From Candidatus Methylomirabilia bacterium (GTDB taxonomy: Bacteria > Methylomirabilota > Methylomirabilia > Rokubacteriales > CSP1-6): a stretch of 28,158 bases of DNA. This document shows, piece after piece, positions 27,834 to 28,158 of this stretch. The position numbers and the translations under genes are program-made. The DNA is taken from the NCBI GenBank assembly GCA_041497895.1, contig JBGQHJ010000057.1:1-28158 (forward strand). The letters are read 5' to 3'. The notes beneath the pieces were generated by a model. It did no database searches, was not told where the DNA came from, and saw only the letters and a list, made by a program, of their open reading frames with translations. Position 1 is the stretch's first letter. Each line of letters starts with the position of its first letter.

Positions 27834-28158
27834 GGCCCACGGCTCCGAAGGCGGCGAGGGTCGTCGCGAGTCCCTCCCGCAGCGGGGTGAACCGCAGCCC
27901 GGGCAGCGCCTGGGCGAGGCGGGCGATGTCGAAGTGTCGGTGGGTGATCGGACCCTTTCGCGGGGCGCTGACGACCTCGACCTCGTACGGCACCAGATCG
28001 CGGATCGTCTTCACCAGGTCGGCGAAGGAGCGGCTCTGGCCGGTCGCGATGTTGTAGATCCCCGCCGCGGCGGCCCGCAGCAGGCCCGCCGTCACCGCGG
28101 CGACGTCGTCGACGAAGACGTGGTCGCGCTCTTCCTCCCCCGCCCCGAAGATGCGAAC
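27826..28158 (-). CDS. NAD-dependent epimerase/dehydratase (extended SDR), C-terminal part, truncated by window edge
   Basis: The frame is open from 28158 and reads VRIFGAGEEERDHVFVDDVA...GIYNIATGQSRS...TPLREGL, a typical extended-SDR C-terminus. Confidence 0.85.
   Translation of the reverse strand, partial: VRIFGAGEEERDHVFVDDVAAVTAGLLRAAAAGIYNIATGQSRSFADLVKTIRDLVPYEVEVVSAPRKGPITHRHFDIARLAQALPGLRFTPLREGLATTLAAFGAVGRG

Overview
This is a very GC-rich (roughly 70% by eye), densely coding bacterial chromosome segment. Gene content and style would fit a Rokubacteria/Methylomirabilota-like organism, but that is inference only. Left part: a housekeeping run aroC-aroB // TPR protein-efp-accB-accC-thiE. 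It is interleaved with four paralogous multi-pass membrane proteins that have an N-terminal WDD motif and C-terminal TPRs, resembling TMTC-type GT-C protein O-glycosyltransferases. One is inverted between aroB and the TPR gene, and three lie in tandem after thiE. Middle: a branched-chain amino-acid (Liv-type) ABC transporter operon with a near-consensus sigma70 promoter. It continues into a MaoC dehydratase, a MOSC protein, an FAD-dependent DAO-family oxidoreductase and a fifth, unrelated GT-C-like membrane protein. Right part: the distal end of a convergent minus-strand cell-surface/sugar-modification cluster. It contains an extended-SDR epimerase (truncated by the window edge), three SAM methyltransferases, a dedicated transaldolase, two tandem paralogous small membrane proteins with a putative winged-helix tail, and a His-box membrane desaturase. 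I found no RNA genes, mobile elements or CRISPR arrays. The best candidate for an undescribed system is the expanded TMTC-like glycosyltransferase set, possibly supplied by the neighbouring transaldolase/methyltransferase/desaturase cluster.
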